Assembly (NCBI GenBank): GCA_044347905.1
Contig: JBIKTV010000003.1
Span: forward strand, 1 to 44,219
From: Myxococcota bacterium
Lineage (GTDB): Bacteria > Myxococcota_A > UBA9042
Length of the DNA: 44,219 nucleotides
Reading direction: 5' to 3'
In this document: piece after piece, positions 36,185-44,219 of the stretch
Position numbering within the stretch: the first letter of the stretch is position 1
How the letters are laid out: each line of letters starts with the position of its first letter
Position numbers and translations under genes: made by a program
Notes under the pieces: generated by a model
What the model was told of the DNA's origin: nothing
The model's input: only the letters and a program-made list of their open reading frames with translations
The model's database searches: none

Positions 36185-37624
36185 ATGATTTGCCAGCAAT
36201 TTCATAACCCTGCGAGCCATCCCATGCACCAGCCCGCCCTTTTTGCCACCCTGCGCCGCCGCTCTGCCCGGGCTCTGTTGGCCCTTGTGGCCGCGTCGAC
36301 GGTGACCGATCCGCATTTCTGGTCGATGATCGGCGGGCGCGAGTACTTGGCTTCGGCCCAAGCGCAGACCGCGGTCAACTCGACCCTGGCCGTGATCGTG
36401 GTGCCGCTGGCCAAGAAGGGCGGCGACGACGCGGAGGCCCTGGAGCGCATGCTGAGCGAAGCGTCGGCGCGCCTCGATACGGTGCGGACGTTTGAGCTCT
36501 CCCCTTTGGTGGGCATTGAAGCGGAAGAGCAGGCGGCCGTTGCGGTGGAGGACGCCCTGCGCGCGCTGTTGCTGCGGACCCCAAAGCGCGCCCAAGAGCG
36601 CCTCCAGGTCGCGGTGGCCAAGCTCAAAGACGCGCCCATGGCCGGCGATGAGCGGCTGTACGCCCGGCTTTTTAAGGCGCAGGCCCTGGCACTGCTGGCG
36701 GTGGGCGAGTTAATTCCGGCTCGCGACACCCTGGTCAAGTCGCTGGTGCTGATGCCTGGGCAGACGGAAGAGGAGTATTCGGCCTACGGCTCGCAGGCCA
36801 AGGACCTGTACAGCCAGGTGTCTTCGTCGGTCAACGGCGGAGCCAAGGCCGATATCAAGGTCGCAGTGCGCGGCGGCAAGGCCGACATCTGGATCGACGG
36901 CATTTGGCGCGGCGCGGGGACGGCCCAAGCCAGCGGTTTGCCGGCCGGCAGTCACCGCATCACCGTCAAGTTGGGCGGAATGGTGGCTGAGCGGCGCTTC
37001 GTTGAGGTCGCGGCGGGCAAGCCGGGATCGGCGGAATTTGACCTCAAGCCAGCCACTTTTGGCCCCGACTTGGAGCAGGGTCGCGCCGTCCTCGCCTCCA
37101 ACTTCAAGCAGCCCAGCGTGGTCGAAGATCGCATGCGCGAGCTGCGCAATCAGCTGGGCGCCGATCAGATGCTGGTGGTGCGGCCGGCCTCAGACGGCAA
37201 AAAGGCCACCACGCTGTCGGGCTATTTTCTGGGCGCCGATGGCGTGTTCCGCAAAGTCGAGCAGGCGATCGACAAGGATGAGAAATACTTTGATCGCCTG
37301 GGCAATTTTGTCGCGGAGCTGACCGGCGCAAAGCTGGGCGCGGATGTGAGCACCCTGCCGCTGGACCTTCGCCAGTCGGTAGTCACCCAGAGCGCGGGGC
37401 GCAAGGCCGGCACGGAGCAAATCGACCCCAACGCGCCGCTGTTTGACGACGACAAAGCCAAGAAAAAGGCCATCACTTCGCAGTGGTGGTTCTGGACTGC
37501 GGTGGCCAGCGGCGCAGCGCTCATCGGCGGCGGCCTCTACCTGTTGACCAGCGGCGAAGACACGGGTTCGACGGAAGCCGTCGGCAAGGTGCAGGTCAAC
37601 CTGAACAAGGTCGGCACGCCTTGA
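36185..37624 (+). CDS. PEGA-domain protein with TPR-like helices and C-terminal WWFW membrane segment
   Basis: PEGA-like ADIWIDG...GLPAGSHRITVKLGG and C-terminal ITSQWWFWTAVASGAALIGGGLYLL. Start may be ATG 36224. Confidence 0.7.
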   Translation: MICQQFHNPASHPMHQPALFATLRRRSARALLALVAASTVTDPHFWSMIGGREYLASAQAQTAVNSTLAVIVVPLAKKGGDDAEALERMLSEASARLDTVRTFELSPLVGIEAEEQAAVAVEDALRALLLRTPKRAQERLQVAVAKLKDAPMAGDERLYARLFKAQALALLAVGELIPARDTLVKSLVLMPGQTEEEYSAYGSQAKDLYSQVSSSVNGGAKADIKVAVRGGKADIWIDGIWRGAGTAQASGLPAGSHRITVKLGGMVAERRFVEVAAGKPGSAEFDLKPATFGPDLEQGRAVLASNFKQPSVVEDRMRELRNQLGADQMLVVRPASDGKKATTLSGYFLGADGVFRKVEQAIDKDEKYFDRLGNFVAELTGAKLGADVSTLPLDLRQSVVTQSAGRKAGTEQIDPNAPLFDDDKAKKKAITSQWWFWTAVASGAALIGGGLYLLTSGEDTGSTEAVGKVQVNLNKVGTP

Positions 37625-38463
37625 TTCGCGCCAAGCGCTTGGGGATTTTGCTCTGCAGCTGGGCAGTGTCGCTGGCTGCTGCGCCTCAGTCCCAAGCCCG
37701 CGACTGGCTGGATCTCCGCAGGGCCGGTCCGGCGGCAATGCTGGCCGATGCGCGCCGCGGCTCTGCGCCCCAGCCCTGGCAGGCCGAGTACGCCGTCAGC
37801 CTGCCTGCCGATCACCCTCTGGTGCCGCTCAAAGGTACCGGCGGTTCGCCCATAGAATTGCGCTTGACTGTGCTGAGGTTGCCCGTACCTGCAGCGAAGG
37901 CCCAGGACTCGGTCGCGGGCAAAGCTGTGGCCACGCCGCTTGGACGGTGGATGGTGCGGTTTGACTCGCCGCCGCAGCTGGCGGGGACCGGCGTGGTCTC
38001 TGACGGCAGCAAGCTCTGGCTCCGACTCCCCGGAAGCAAAGCAGAATTGGCCACGCCCGCCAAGCTCGCCCAGGTGATACCCGGCCTGCAACTGCCGCTG
38101 CTGCTGTTCGCGCTCAGCGACCTAGTGGGCGAATACGACTATGAACTGGAAGGCGAATTTGGCGACGCCGGGGTCATCCGCTGCCGGCCGAGCTACAAAG
38201 CCTCCGCGGGGGTGGCGCCGGGCAAGCTGGGCGTCCACAAGCGCTGGGCCAGCTGGACCCTCATGGAAGTGAGCGATCGCGATGGCAAACGCCTGGCCCA
38301 TGGCGAGTGGTTGGAGCTGGAAGACCGCGGCGGCGTGCCCGTGCCCGCGGCGCTGCGCCTGCGCCCCACCAGCGGCGACCAAGGTTCGCTGACCCTGACC
38401 CGCCGCAGTATCCTCATCGGCGCTGGCGTGGCCAAGGAAGTGTCGGCCAAGCTGCTGCGCTGA
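37621..38463 (+). CDS. LolA-like outer-membrane lipoprotein-sorting protein
   Basis: TTG 37621 overlaps the upstream TGA. Signal peptide, then MVRFDSPPQLAGTGVV..GSKLWLRLP, resembling the RF..P..+.GT..L...W.YLP motif of LolA-like proteins. Confidence 0.6.
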   Translation: MIRAKRLGILLCSWAVSLAAAPQSQARDWLDLRRAGPAAMLADARRGSAPQPWQAEYAVSLPADHPLVPLKGTGGSPIELRLTVLRLPVPAAKAQDSVAGKAVATPLGRWMVRFDSPPQLAGTGVVSDGSKLWLRLPGSKAELATPAKLAQVIPGLQLPLLLFALSDLVGEYDYELEGEFGDAGVIRCRPSYKASAGVAPGKLGVHKRWASWTLMEVSDRDGKRLAHGEWLELEDRGGVPVPAALRLRPTSGDQGSLTLTRRSILIGAGVAKEVSAKLLR

Positions 38464-38621
38464 GACCTCGCCACGCCCTTGCGGCCTGCAAGTATTCTGC
38501 GTAGGCCCAAGACGGCAAGTGCCGAGCCGGCGCCCCTTGCCGGAGCGGGGGCTTGCAGCTATCCTCGCGGCGTCTGAGGTTCGGCGGTTGGCCGCGTCCT
38601 CGCTCGATTTGGGAGGCCCCG

Positions 38622-39956
38622 ATGATGCGTGCGCACTGCTCTGCGATTGGCCGGCTGCTGGTATTGGCGGCTAGCTGCGGCGCCCTTGGGCTGGCGGCAC
38701 CCGCGGAAGCCGTTGAAGTCACAGATGTCCTTGACGCTTTTGACGACGACAATGGCGACGATTTTGACGGCTCCGTGCGCCTGCGCTTTGCCAGCGAGTC
38801 GCGCAAGTCCACCATCGCCCGGCAACAGAGCTGCCTAAAGAATGACGTCCTGGGGACCAACTGCCCGGGCGGCAACGGCTTTGTTCTGGCCAAAGAGCTC
38901 GAGTACGAGCGGGTGCGCAACACCCTGAACATCGACGTGCGCATCGGTCTGTACAAAGACCTTGAGCTGTACGGCGTCATCCCCGTGGTGCTAGGCGATG
39001 ATTGGAAACACGAATTTGCCGCCGGCGTCAGCAAGGCCAATTCGACGATTCTGCCGCCTTCGCCCAAAGAGGCGCTGTTCAAGGTGCCCTACCAGTCCAC
39101 CAGCCGCTCGGGCTTGGGCGACCTACAGCTAGGGCTGAAGTGGGCGCCGTTCAACTACTTTCGCGACTCCGGCGACCCCACTTGGGTGTTTGGCGTGGAG
39201 TACACCGCCCCCACCGGCACAGCCATGACCGCCAGCAACAGCGGCGTGGGCTATGGCCTGCACGAGCTGACGCTTTTCACGACGATTTCGCGGCGCGCTC
39301 TCAAGGTCATTGAGCCGTTTGTGAACTTCCACTTTACGCCCCTGCGCTCAGGGGCCGACAGCGGCTTGTTTGTCAGCCATGGCCAGACCCAGAAGACCGT
39401 CGCCCCCGGCATGACCGGCGGCACCAACTTTGGCTTGACGCTGGTGCCCTGGGAGAATCTCAAGAAGGACGAACGCCTTGAAATCGAAGGCGGTTTTGGC
39501 TTTGACTACATCGCCCGCGGCCGCGAGTACTCGGAAATCTGGGAGGCCCTCGCCTCGCCGAGCAACCCGTGCAAGCCGTCCGAGGGTTGCAGCACGGGCC
39601 TGTACGATCGCTCCGAGGTCGACCCCGTCACGGGCAAGCCGCGCCACAGCGACGGCATCACCGAAGTGGAAAGCTACGCGCGGTTCAGCGGTTGGGCGGC
39701 ACTGCACTACCAGCCGATCCAGTACTTTCAGCTCAGCGCCAAGCTCGGCTGGATGAGCGAGACGCCGCACTACATCACCTTTGGCGAAGTGGGCAAGGAC
39801 CTCGACGGCAATGCCAACGTTCAGCAATTCAACAAGAATGGCCAGAACGAGTACAGCCCCGTGTTCCTGTGGTCCGTCGACCAGCCCGGCCAGCGCCTGC
39901 GCGCGACCCAGATCAGCGGCATGACCCTGATGTTCTCTGCCAGCGGCAAGTTCTGA
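38622..39956 (+). CDS. Putative outer-membrane beta-barrel (COG4313/Phenol_MetA_deg-like)
   Basis: GGGAGG RBS and signal peptide ending AEA. Motif SGLGDLQLGLKW...GVEYTAPTG. Terminal strand ends in F (FSASGKF). Confidence 0.65.
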   Translation: MMRAHCSAIGRLLVLAASCGALGLAAPAEAVEVTDVLDAFDDDNGDDFDGSVRLRFASESRKSTIARQQSCLKNDVLGTNCPGGNGFVLAKELEYERVRNTLNIDVRIGLYKDLELYGVIPVVLGDDWKHEFAAGVSKANSTILPPSPKEALFKVPYQSTSRSGLGDLQLGLKWAPFNYFRDSGDPTWVFGVEYTAPTGTAMTASNSGVGYGLHELTLFTTISRRALKVIEPFVNFHFTPLRSGADSGLFVSHGQTQKTVAPGMTGGTNFGLTLVPWENLKKDERLEIEGGFGFDYIARGREYSEIWEALASPSNPCKPSEGCSTGLYDRSEVDPVTGKPRHSDGITEVESYARFSGWAALHYQPIQYFQLSAKLGWMSETPHYITFGEVGKDLDGNANVQQFNKNGQNEYSPVFLWSVDQPGQRLRATQISGMTLMFSASGKF

Positions 39957-40200
39957 TTCGCGCTGGAGTTTGCCCTGCCCTTGATTCCCGCTCTCCCCGC
40001 CACAGCTCGAGCCCGCTGACGCTGTGTCGTGCCGCCTCTTGCCTGCTTGCGCTCTGCTGCCTCTTTGATGGGGGCCTGCGCACCTCCCGACTGCATGTCG
40101 CGGTCCAGGCCTGCGGATTCGTATTGCTCTGGCCCGCAGTGTCCCCTATGCTGATCGGTTTGGACGCTGCGCCACAGGTAGCGCCCAGTGGAAGACCAAC

Positions 40201-42120
40201 ATGACTCGCCCCTCTGCTCCCAGCCTGTTGCGCGCGTTGTTTGCTGCCTCGATCAGCTTGGCCGGCCTCGTTGGCTGCGCTTCCGGCGGATCGGCGGGCG
40301 GAGGCACGGCTTCTGCGTCCATTCCCTGCGCGATAGAGAGCGATTGCCCCGACGAGATGACCTGTTCGTTCAACGTCTGTAGCGCCAAGACCTGCACCAC
40401 GGTCGCGGACTGCAAGGGCTTGCCCTGTGTGGGCGGCAAGTGCGTCACAAGCCAGACGAGTTTTGGCAAAGACGCTGGCGACGCCAGCACGGGCGGCAGC
40501 GACTCCGCCGGCGGCCCATCCGGCTCGGATAGCAGCGCGGCCGGCGATATCGCCAAGAGCGACGCGGCTTTGGACGGCGGCAGCACCGGCGGCAAGGCCT
40601 GCACGCTGAACAGCGAGTGCAATGACGGTGTGGAATGTACGGTCGACAAATGCGTCGCCGGCAGCTGCATCCACCCCAAATCGCCCGGCCCCGGCTGCGG
40701 TTGCACGGGCACCAAGGACTGCAAGGACGACAACAGCTGCTCCGCCGACGTATGCAAGAACGGCACCTGCAGCTACAGCAAGTACAACGACCCCAACAAG
40801 CCCGACAGCAGCTGCTGCGCCAGCAACGGCGACTGCCTCGCTTCGCCCGGTGGCAAGTGCGCGGAATTTCGCTGTGTCTACCCCATGACCGACTGCGCGA
40901 CGGATGCGGGCTGCAACGACGGCCTGGGCTGCAGCGTGGACAAATGCGTAGGCGGAAAGTGCAGTTACAGCGCGGCGGGCGCAGGCTGCTGCAGCGACGC
41001 CAGCGGCTGCGATGACGGCATCGCCTGCACCGTGGACAGCTGCGACAACTACGAATGCAAGCACACGGCCGGCGCCGGCTGCTGCCAGAGCGACGCCGAA
41101 TGCAGCGACCAGATCGACTGCACGACCGACAAGTGCACCGCCGGCCAGTGCAGCCACCAGCCCAGCAACAGCGGCTGCTGCACGACCAACGCCGACTGCA
41201 ACGACCAAAACAGTGCGACGACCGACAGCTGCATTGCCGGCACCTGCCAAAACAGCGTGGTCGGCACCGGCAAGAAGTGCCAAATCAACTTGGAGTGCGA
41301 CGACGGCGATGACTGCACCGGCGACAGCTGCAAGGGCGGCTACTGCGACAACGCCAAGATCGCTGGCTGCACCACGGGCGGCGGCGGTGGCGGTGGCGGA
41401 AGCGCGGGCAGTTGCGCGGGCGTCTGCGGCTCTGGCCCGGCCGACGGGAGCTGCTTTTGCGATGACACGTGCGTCGATTTTGGCGATTGCTGCGGCGACT
41501 ACAAGAGCGTTTGCGGCGGCGGCGGCGGTGGCGGCGGCAGCACCGGTAAGTGCGGCGACTTCATGTGCGACAAAGTCACCGAGACCTGCGGCAATTGCCC
41601 GTCGGACTGCGGCAAGTGCCCCACCACACCCAGCTGTGGCGACAAAGTCTGCGCAGCTACAGAGAATTGCCTTAGCTGCCCGGCGGATTGCGGCACGTGC
41701 GGCGGCGGCGGCGGTGCGGAGACCTGCAAGGGTTCTTGCGGCGGCAAGTCGGCCACGGGCGCCTGCTACTGCGACGATATGTGCACGAGCAGCGGCGATT
41801 GCTGCAGCGACTACGCCAGCGTGTGCGGCGGCGGCGGTGGGGGCGGCGGCGCCAACAGCTGCGTGGGCAACTGCAACGGCCAAGCGCCCGGCGGCTGCTA
41901 CTGCGACACGGCGTGCACCGGCGCCGGCGACTGCTGCGCCGACTATGCCAATGCCTGCGGCGGAGGCGGCGGCGGTTCGGGCAGCCTGTGCGGCAAGAAC
42001 CCCGCGGCGACCTGCAAAAGCATGTGCGGCGGCGCGGGCAAGGGCAGCTGCTACTGCGACGATTTCTGCCAGACGGCGGGCGATTGCTGCCCGGACTTTG
42101 CGGCCTGCGGCTGCTTCTGA
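40201..42120 (+). CDS. Cys-rich lipoprotein with Dictyostelium-type repeats and four somatomedin-B-like domains
   Basis: Lipobox LVGC (Cys26). About 7 C-x-D-x3-C-T-x-D-x-C repeats, two CGD..C...E.C..CP.DC repeats and four C-x3-C...CxCD..C...GDCC.D(Y/F)..C modules with poly-Gly linkers. Confidence 0.8.
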   Translation: MTRPSAPSLLRALFAASISLAGLVGCASGGSAGGGTASASIPCAIESDCPDEMTCSFNVCSAKTCTTVADCKGLPCVGGKCVTSQTSFGKDAGDASTGGSDSAGGPSGSDSSAAGDIAKSDAALDGGSTGGKACTLNSECNDGVECTVDKCVAGSCIHPKSPGPGCGCTGTKDCKDDNSCSADVCKNGTCSYSKYNDPNKPDSSCCASNGDCLASPGGKCAEFRCVYPMTDCATDAGCNDGLGCSVDKCVGGKCSYSAAGAGCCSDASGCDDGIACTVDSCDNYECKHTAGAGCCQSDAECSDQIDCTTDKCTAGQCSHQPSNSGCCTTNADCNDQNSATTDSCIAGTCQNSVVGTGKKCQINLECDDGDDCTGDSCKGGYCDNAKIAGCTTGGGGGGGGSAGSCAGVCGSGPADGSCFCDDTCVDFGDCCGDYKSVCGGGGGGGGSTGKCGDFMCDKVTETCGNCPSDCGKCPTTPSCGDKVCAATENCLSCPADCGTCGGGGGAETCKGSCGGKSATGACYCDDMCTSSGDCCSDYASVCGGGGGGGGANSCVGNCNGQAPGGCYCDTACTGAGDCCADYANACGGGGGGSGSLCGKNPAATCKSMCGGAGKGSCYCDDFCQTAGDCCPDFAACGCF

Positions 42121-42204
42121 GATTGGCCAACGCCATGGACAATCGGCACGTGATCGGCGCGAGGCATAGAGCCCGCGAAGCGCACGGGCCGGCGAGGAAG
42201 AGGA

Positions 42205-42648
42205 ATGCTCAATTTACTTAAAGATATCGCGGCCAAACAGGTCGGAAAAGTGCTGGCCTCAGAGGCGACGATGCGCGTGCTGAACAGCGCTGAGCTGCGG
42301 CATGTGGTGGTGACGGCGATCAACATGCGCGCTGGGGCTCGCGAGCTGTTGGAGACGCGGGTCAAGGATCTGGCGGCGACCTTGGAGCTGGTGACGCGCG
42401 AAGACATGGCCCACATGCGCCGGTCCATGCGCGATCTGGAAGACCACATCGCCGAACTGCGCGAGCAACTAGACCAGGCGCAAGAGGAATTGGCGGCCAA
42501 CAAGGCGGCGGATGAGCTCGCCAGGGCCCAGGCTGAAGCGAAGGCGGCGGAACAGGCTCCTACGGCAGAGACCGCGGAACCGGTGGCCGAGCAAGGCGCG
42601 GAGGCTGCAGCGGCCCCCAAGAAAGCCCGCAAGGCCAAAACGAATTAG
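42205..42648 (+). CDS. Phasin/UbiK(BMFP)-like coiled-coil protein with basic tail
   Basis: LELVTREDM..MR..+.DLE..IAEL motif and a PKKARKAK tail. GAGG RBS. Confidence 0.5.
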   Translation: MLNLLKDIAAKQVGKVLASEATMRVLNSAELRHVVVTAINMRAGARELLETRVKDLAATLELVTREDMAHMRRSMRDLEDHIAELREQLDQAQEELAANKAADELARAQAEAKAAEQAPTAETAEPVAEQGAEAAAAPKKARKAKTN

Positions 42649-42697
42649 GCCGCGCGAGCCGCAAAGGCCCGTGCCGAGCTGGATAGGAGAAGGACCG

Positions 42698-43276
42698 ATG
42701 GCGTTGCTGGAAATTCGCACCTACCCCGACCCGGTGCTCAAAGAACGCGGCCGCGAGGTGACCGAATTTGGTCCGGAGCTGCACCAATTGCTGGACGATA
42801 TGGCTGAGACCATGGCCAAGGCGGAAGGTCTGGGGCTGGCGGCGAATCAGGTGGGCGAGGTGCTGCGGCTGTTCCTGATGGACGTGCCCGATGGCGAAGG
42901 CCAGCGCACCGGGGTGATTGAGGTGATCAACCCGCGGATTCTGTCCCGGCGCGGCGAGGTGAAGTACGAGGAAGGCTGTCTGTCCTTCCCCAACCTCTAT
43001 GAGCCGGTGATTCGCGCCAATGACATTGAGGTGGCCTATCAGGACCGCCACGGTCAAGAGCAGAAAATTAAAGCCAAAGGTCTGGCGGCGATCTGCTTGC
43101 AGCACGAGATGGACCACTTGGACGGCATCACCTTCTTGGACCGGCTGAGCCCGCTCAAGCGCCGCGTTGCCCTGCGCGACTACATGCGCAACAACCGCGA
43201 AGAGATTGAAGACAAGCAGTTCAGGACCAAGGCGGCCCGAGCCAAGCGCGCCGAGCCCCAGGTGGTGTCGCAGTAG
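42698..43276 (+). CDS. def: Peptide deformylase
   Basis: Motifs GLGLAANQVG, EGCLSFP and QHEMDHLDG. ATG 42698 follows AAGGA. Confidence 0.96.
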   Translation: MALLEIRTYPDPVLKERGREVTEFGPELHQLLDDMAETMAKAEGLGLAANQVGEVLRLFLMDVPDGEGQRTGVIEVINPRILSRRGEVKYEEGCLSFPNLYEPVIRANDIEVAYQDRHGQEQKIKAKGLAAICLQHEMDHLDGITFLDRLSPLKRRVALRDYMRNNREEIEDKQFRTKAARAKRAEPQVVSQ

Positions 43277-43309
43277 GCGTTGCGGCGGCATCTGCTGGAG
43301 GAACAGCGC

Positions 43310-44219
43310 ATGGCGGTAGTGTTTTTTGGCTCGCCTCCTCTGGCGGCCACGGTGCTTGGCGCCTTGCTGGACGCGGGCATTGAGGTCGTGGGCGCAGTGA
43401 CCCAGCCTGACAAGCCAGCCGGCCGCGGCAATCAGCTCAAAGCCCCTGCGGTGAAGGAATTGGCGCTGCAGCGCGGGGTTGAGGTGTACCAGCCGCTCAA
43501 AGTGCGCGATGGTGCCCTGGCGGCTTGGCTGCGCGAGAAAAAGCCGCGTCTGGCGATCGTGGTTGCCTATGGCCGCATTCTGACTCAAGAAGTCTTGGAC
43601 GTCCCGGAGCTGGGCTGCATCAACCTGCACGCTTCGCTGCTGCCGCGCTGGCGTGGGGCGTCGCCGATTGCCAGGGCGATCGCCGCGGGGGACTCGCACG
43701 CCGGCATGTGTCTGATGCAGATGGACGCCGGGTTGGACACGGGTGCGGTGCTCGACCGCGTAGAAGTGCCCATAGCAGAAAGCGATACCACGCCGGATCT
43801 GGAGACCAAGCTGGCCGCGGCGGGGGCTCAACTCCTGCTGAAGCGCTGGGCGGACCTGTGGAATGGCGCGCTGCAGCCGCAGCCCCAGGGCACAGAGGGC
43901 CTGACCTGGGCGCCGCCGATCGAAAAGGGCGAAGGGCGGCTGGACTGGCGGCGCAGCGCCCAGGAGTTGCACTGCCAGATTCGGGCGATGCAGCCGTGGC
44001 CGGGAGCGTTTTTTGCGAGCCTGCTGGCCCCAGGAGAGGACTGGAAGGTGTTTCCGGAAGGGCTGCAGCTCTCCGATCGGCAAGCCGAGCCGGGGCAGAT
44101 CGCTGCGGTTGAAGGCCCGCTGGTGTGGATCGGCTGTGGCCAAGGCTGCCTGGGTGTCGCGGCTCTGCAGAGGCCAGGCAAAGGCCGCGCTGTGGCGGCG
44201 GACGTCCTGCGCGGTGTGC
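43310..44219 (+). CDS. fmt: Methionyl-tRNA formyltransferase (3'-truncated by the window end; absent from the ORF track)
   Basis: ATG 43310 follows GGAGG. Reads MAVVFFGSP..., VTQPDKPAGRG, VVAYGRIL, INLHASLLPRWRGASPI and MDAGLDTG. Directly follows def. Confidence 0.95.
   Translation, partial: MAVVFFGSPPLAATVLGALLDAGIEVVGAVTQPDKPAGRGNQLKAPAVKELALQRGVEVYQPLKVRDGALAAWLREKKPRLAIVVAYGRILTQEVLDVPELGCINLHASLLPRWRGASPIARAIAAGDSHAGMCLMQMDAGLDTGAVLDRVEVPIAESDTTPDLETKLAAAGAQLLLKRWADLWNGALQPQPQGTEGLTWAPPIEKGEGRLDWRRSAQELHCQIRAMQPWPGAFFASLLAPGEDWKVFPEGLQLSDRQAEPGQIAAVEGPLVWIGCGQGCLGVAALQRPGKGRAVAADVLRGV

Noticed and set aside
39913-41883. 656-aa Ala/Val-rich minus-strand ORF
   Set aside because: Mirror of the Cys/Gly-rich lipoprotein (TGC/GGC codons read as GCA/GCC). 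No independent motifs.
38622-42120. TraA/TraB outer-membrane exchange pair
   Set aside because: The Cys-rich protein has an N-terminal lipobox and no PA14-like domain or MYXO-CTERM. The barrel lacks an OmpA domain and TSP3 repeats.
43525-44112. 195-aa plus-strand ORF in the track
   Set aside because: Out-of-frame overlap within fmt, which the track missed because its stop lies outside the window.
42560-44143. 527-aa minus-strand ORF
   Set aside because: Antisense to def and fmt, which have unambiguous motifs.

Overview
A high-GC, gene-dense chromosomal window with no rRNA, tRNA, CRISPR array, transposase or integrase that I can support. The gene content suggests a Myxococcota/deltaproteobacterial genome (inference): PEGA proteins, a membrane Ser/Thr kinase, FHA and PilZ proteins, Cys-rich lipoproteins and a GldA/F/G-like ABC operon. 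Housekeeping genes are guaD, argG, prs, dnaK, a class B J-protein, def and fmt (fmt is cut off by the window end). The best candidates for new biology are: (1) a co-oriented six-gene envelope cluster (33488-42120) of a small lipoprotein, a 7-bladed Kelch lipoprotein, a PEGA protein, a LolA-like sorting protein, a beta-barrel and a Cys-rich lipoprotein with four somatomedin-B-like modules, facing away from a coupled kinase-PEGA-Cys-cluster-amidohydrolase operon; (2) an HMGA-like AT-hook protein with a putative C-terminal winged helix (16392-18104); (3) a GldG-like protein with a large helical insertion; (4) short tandem direct repeats of unrelated sequence in six intergenic regions. All family assignments come from reading motifs by eye; no database search was run.
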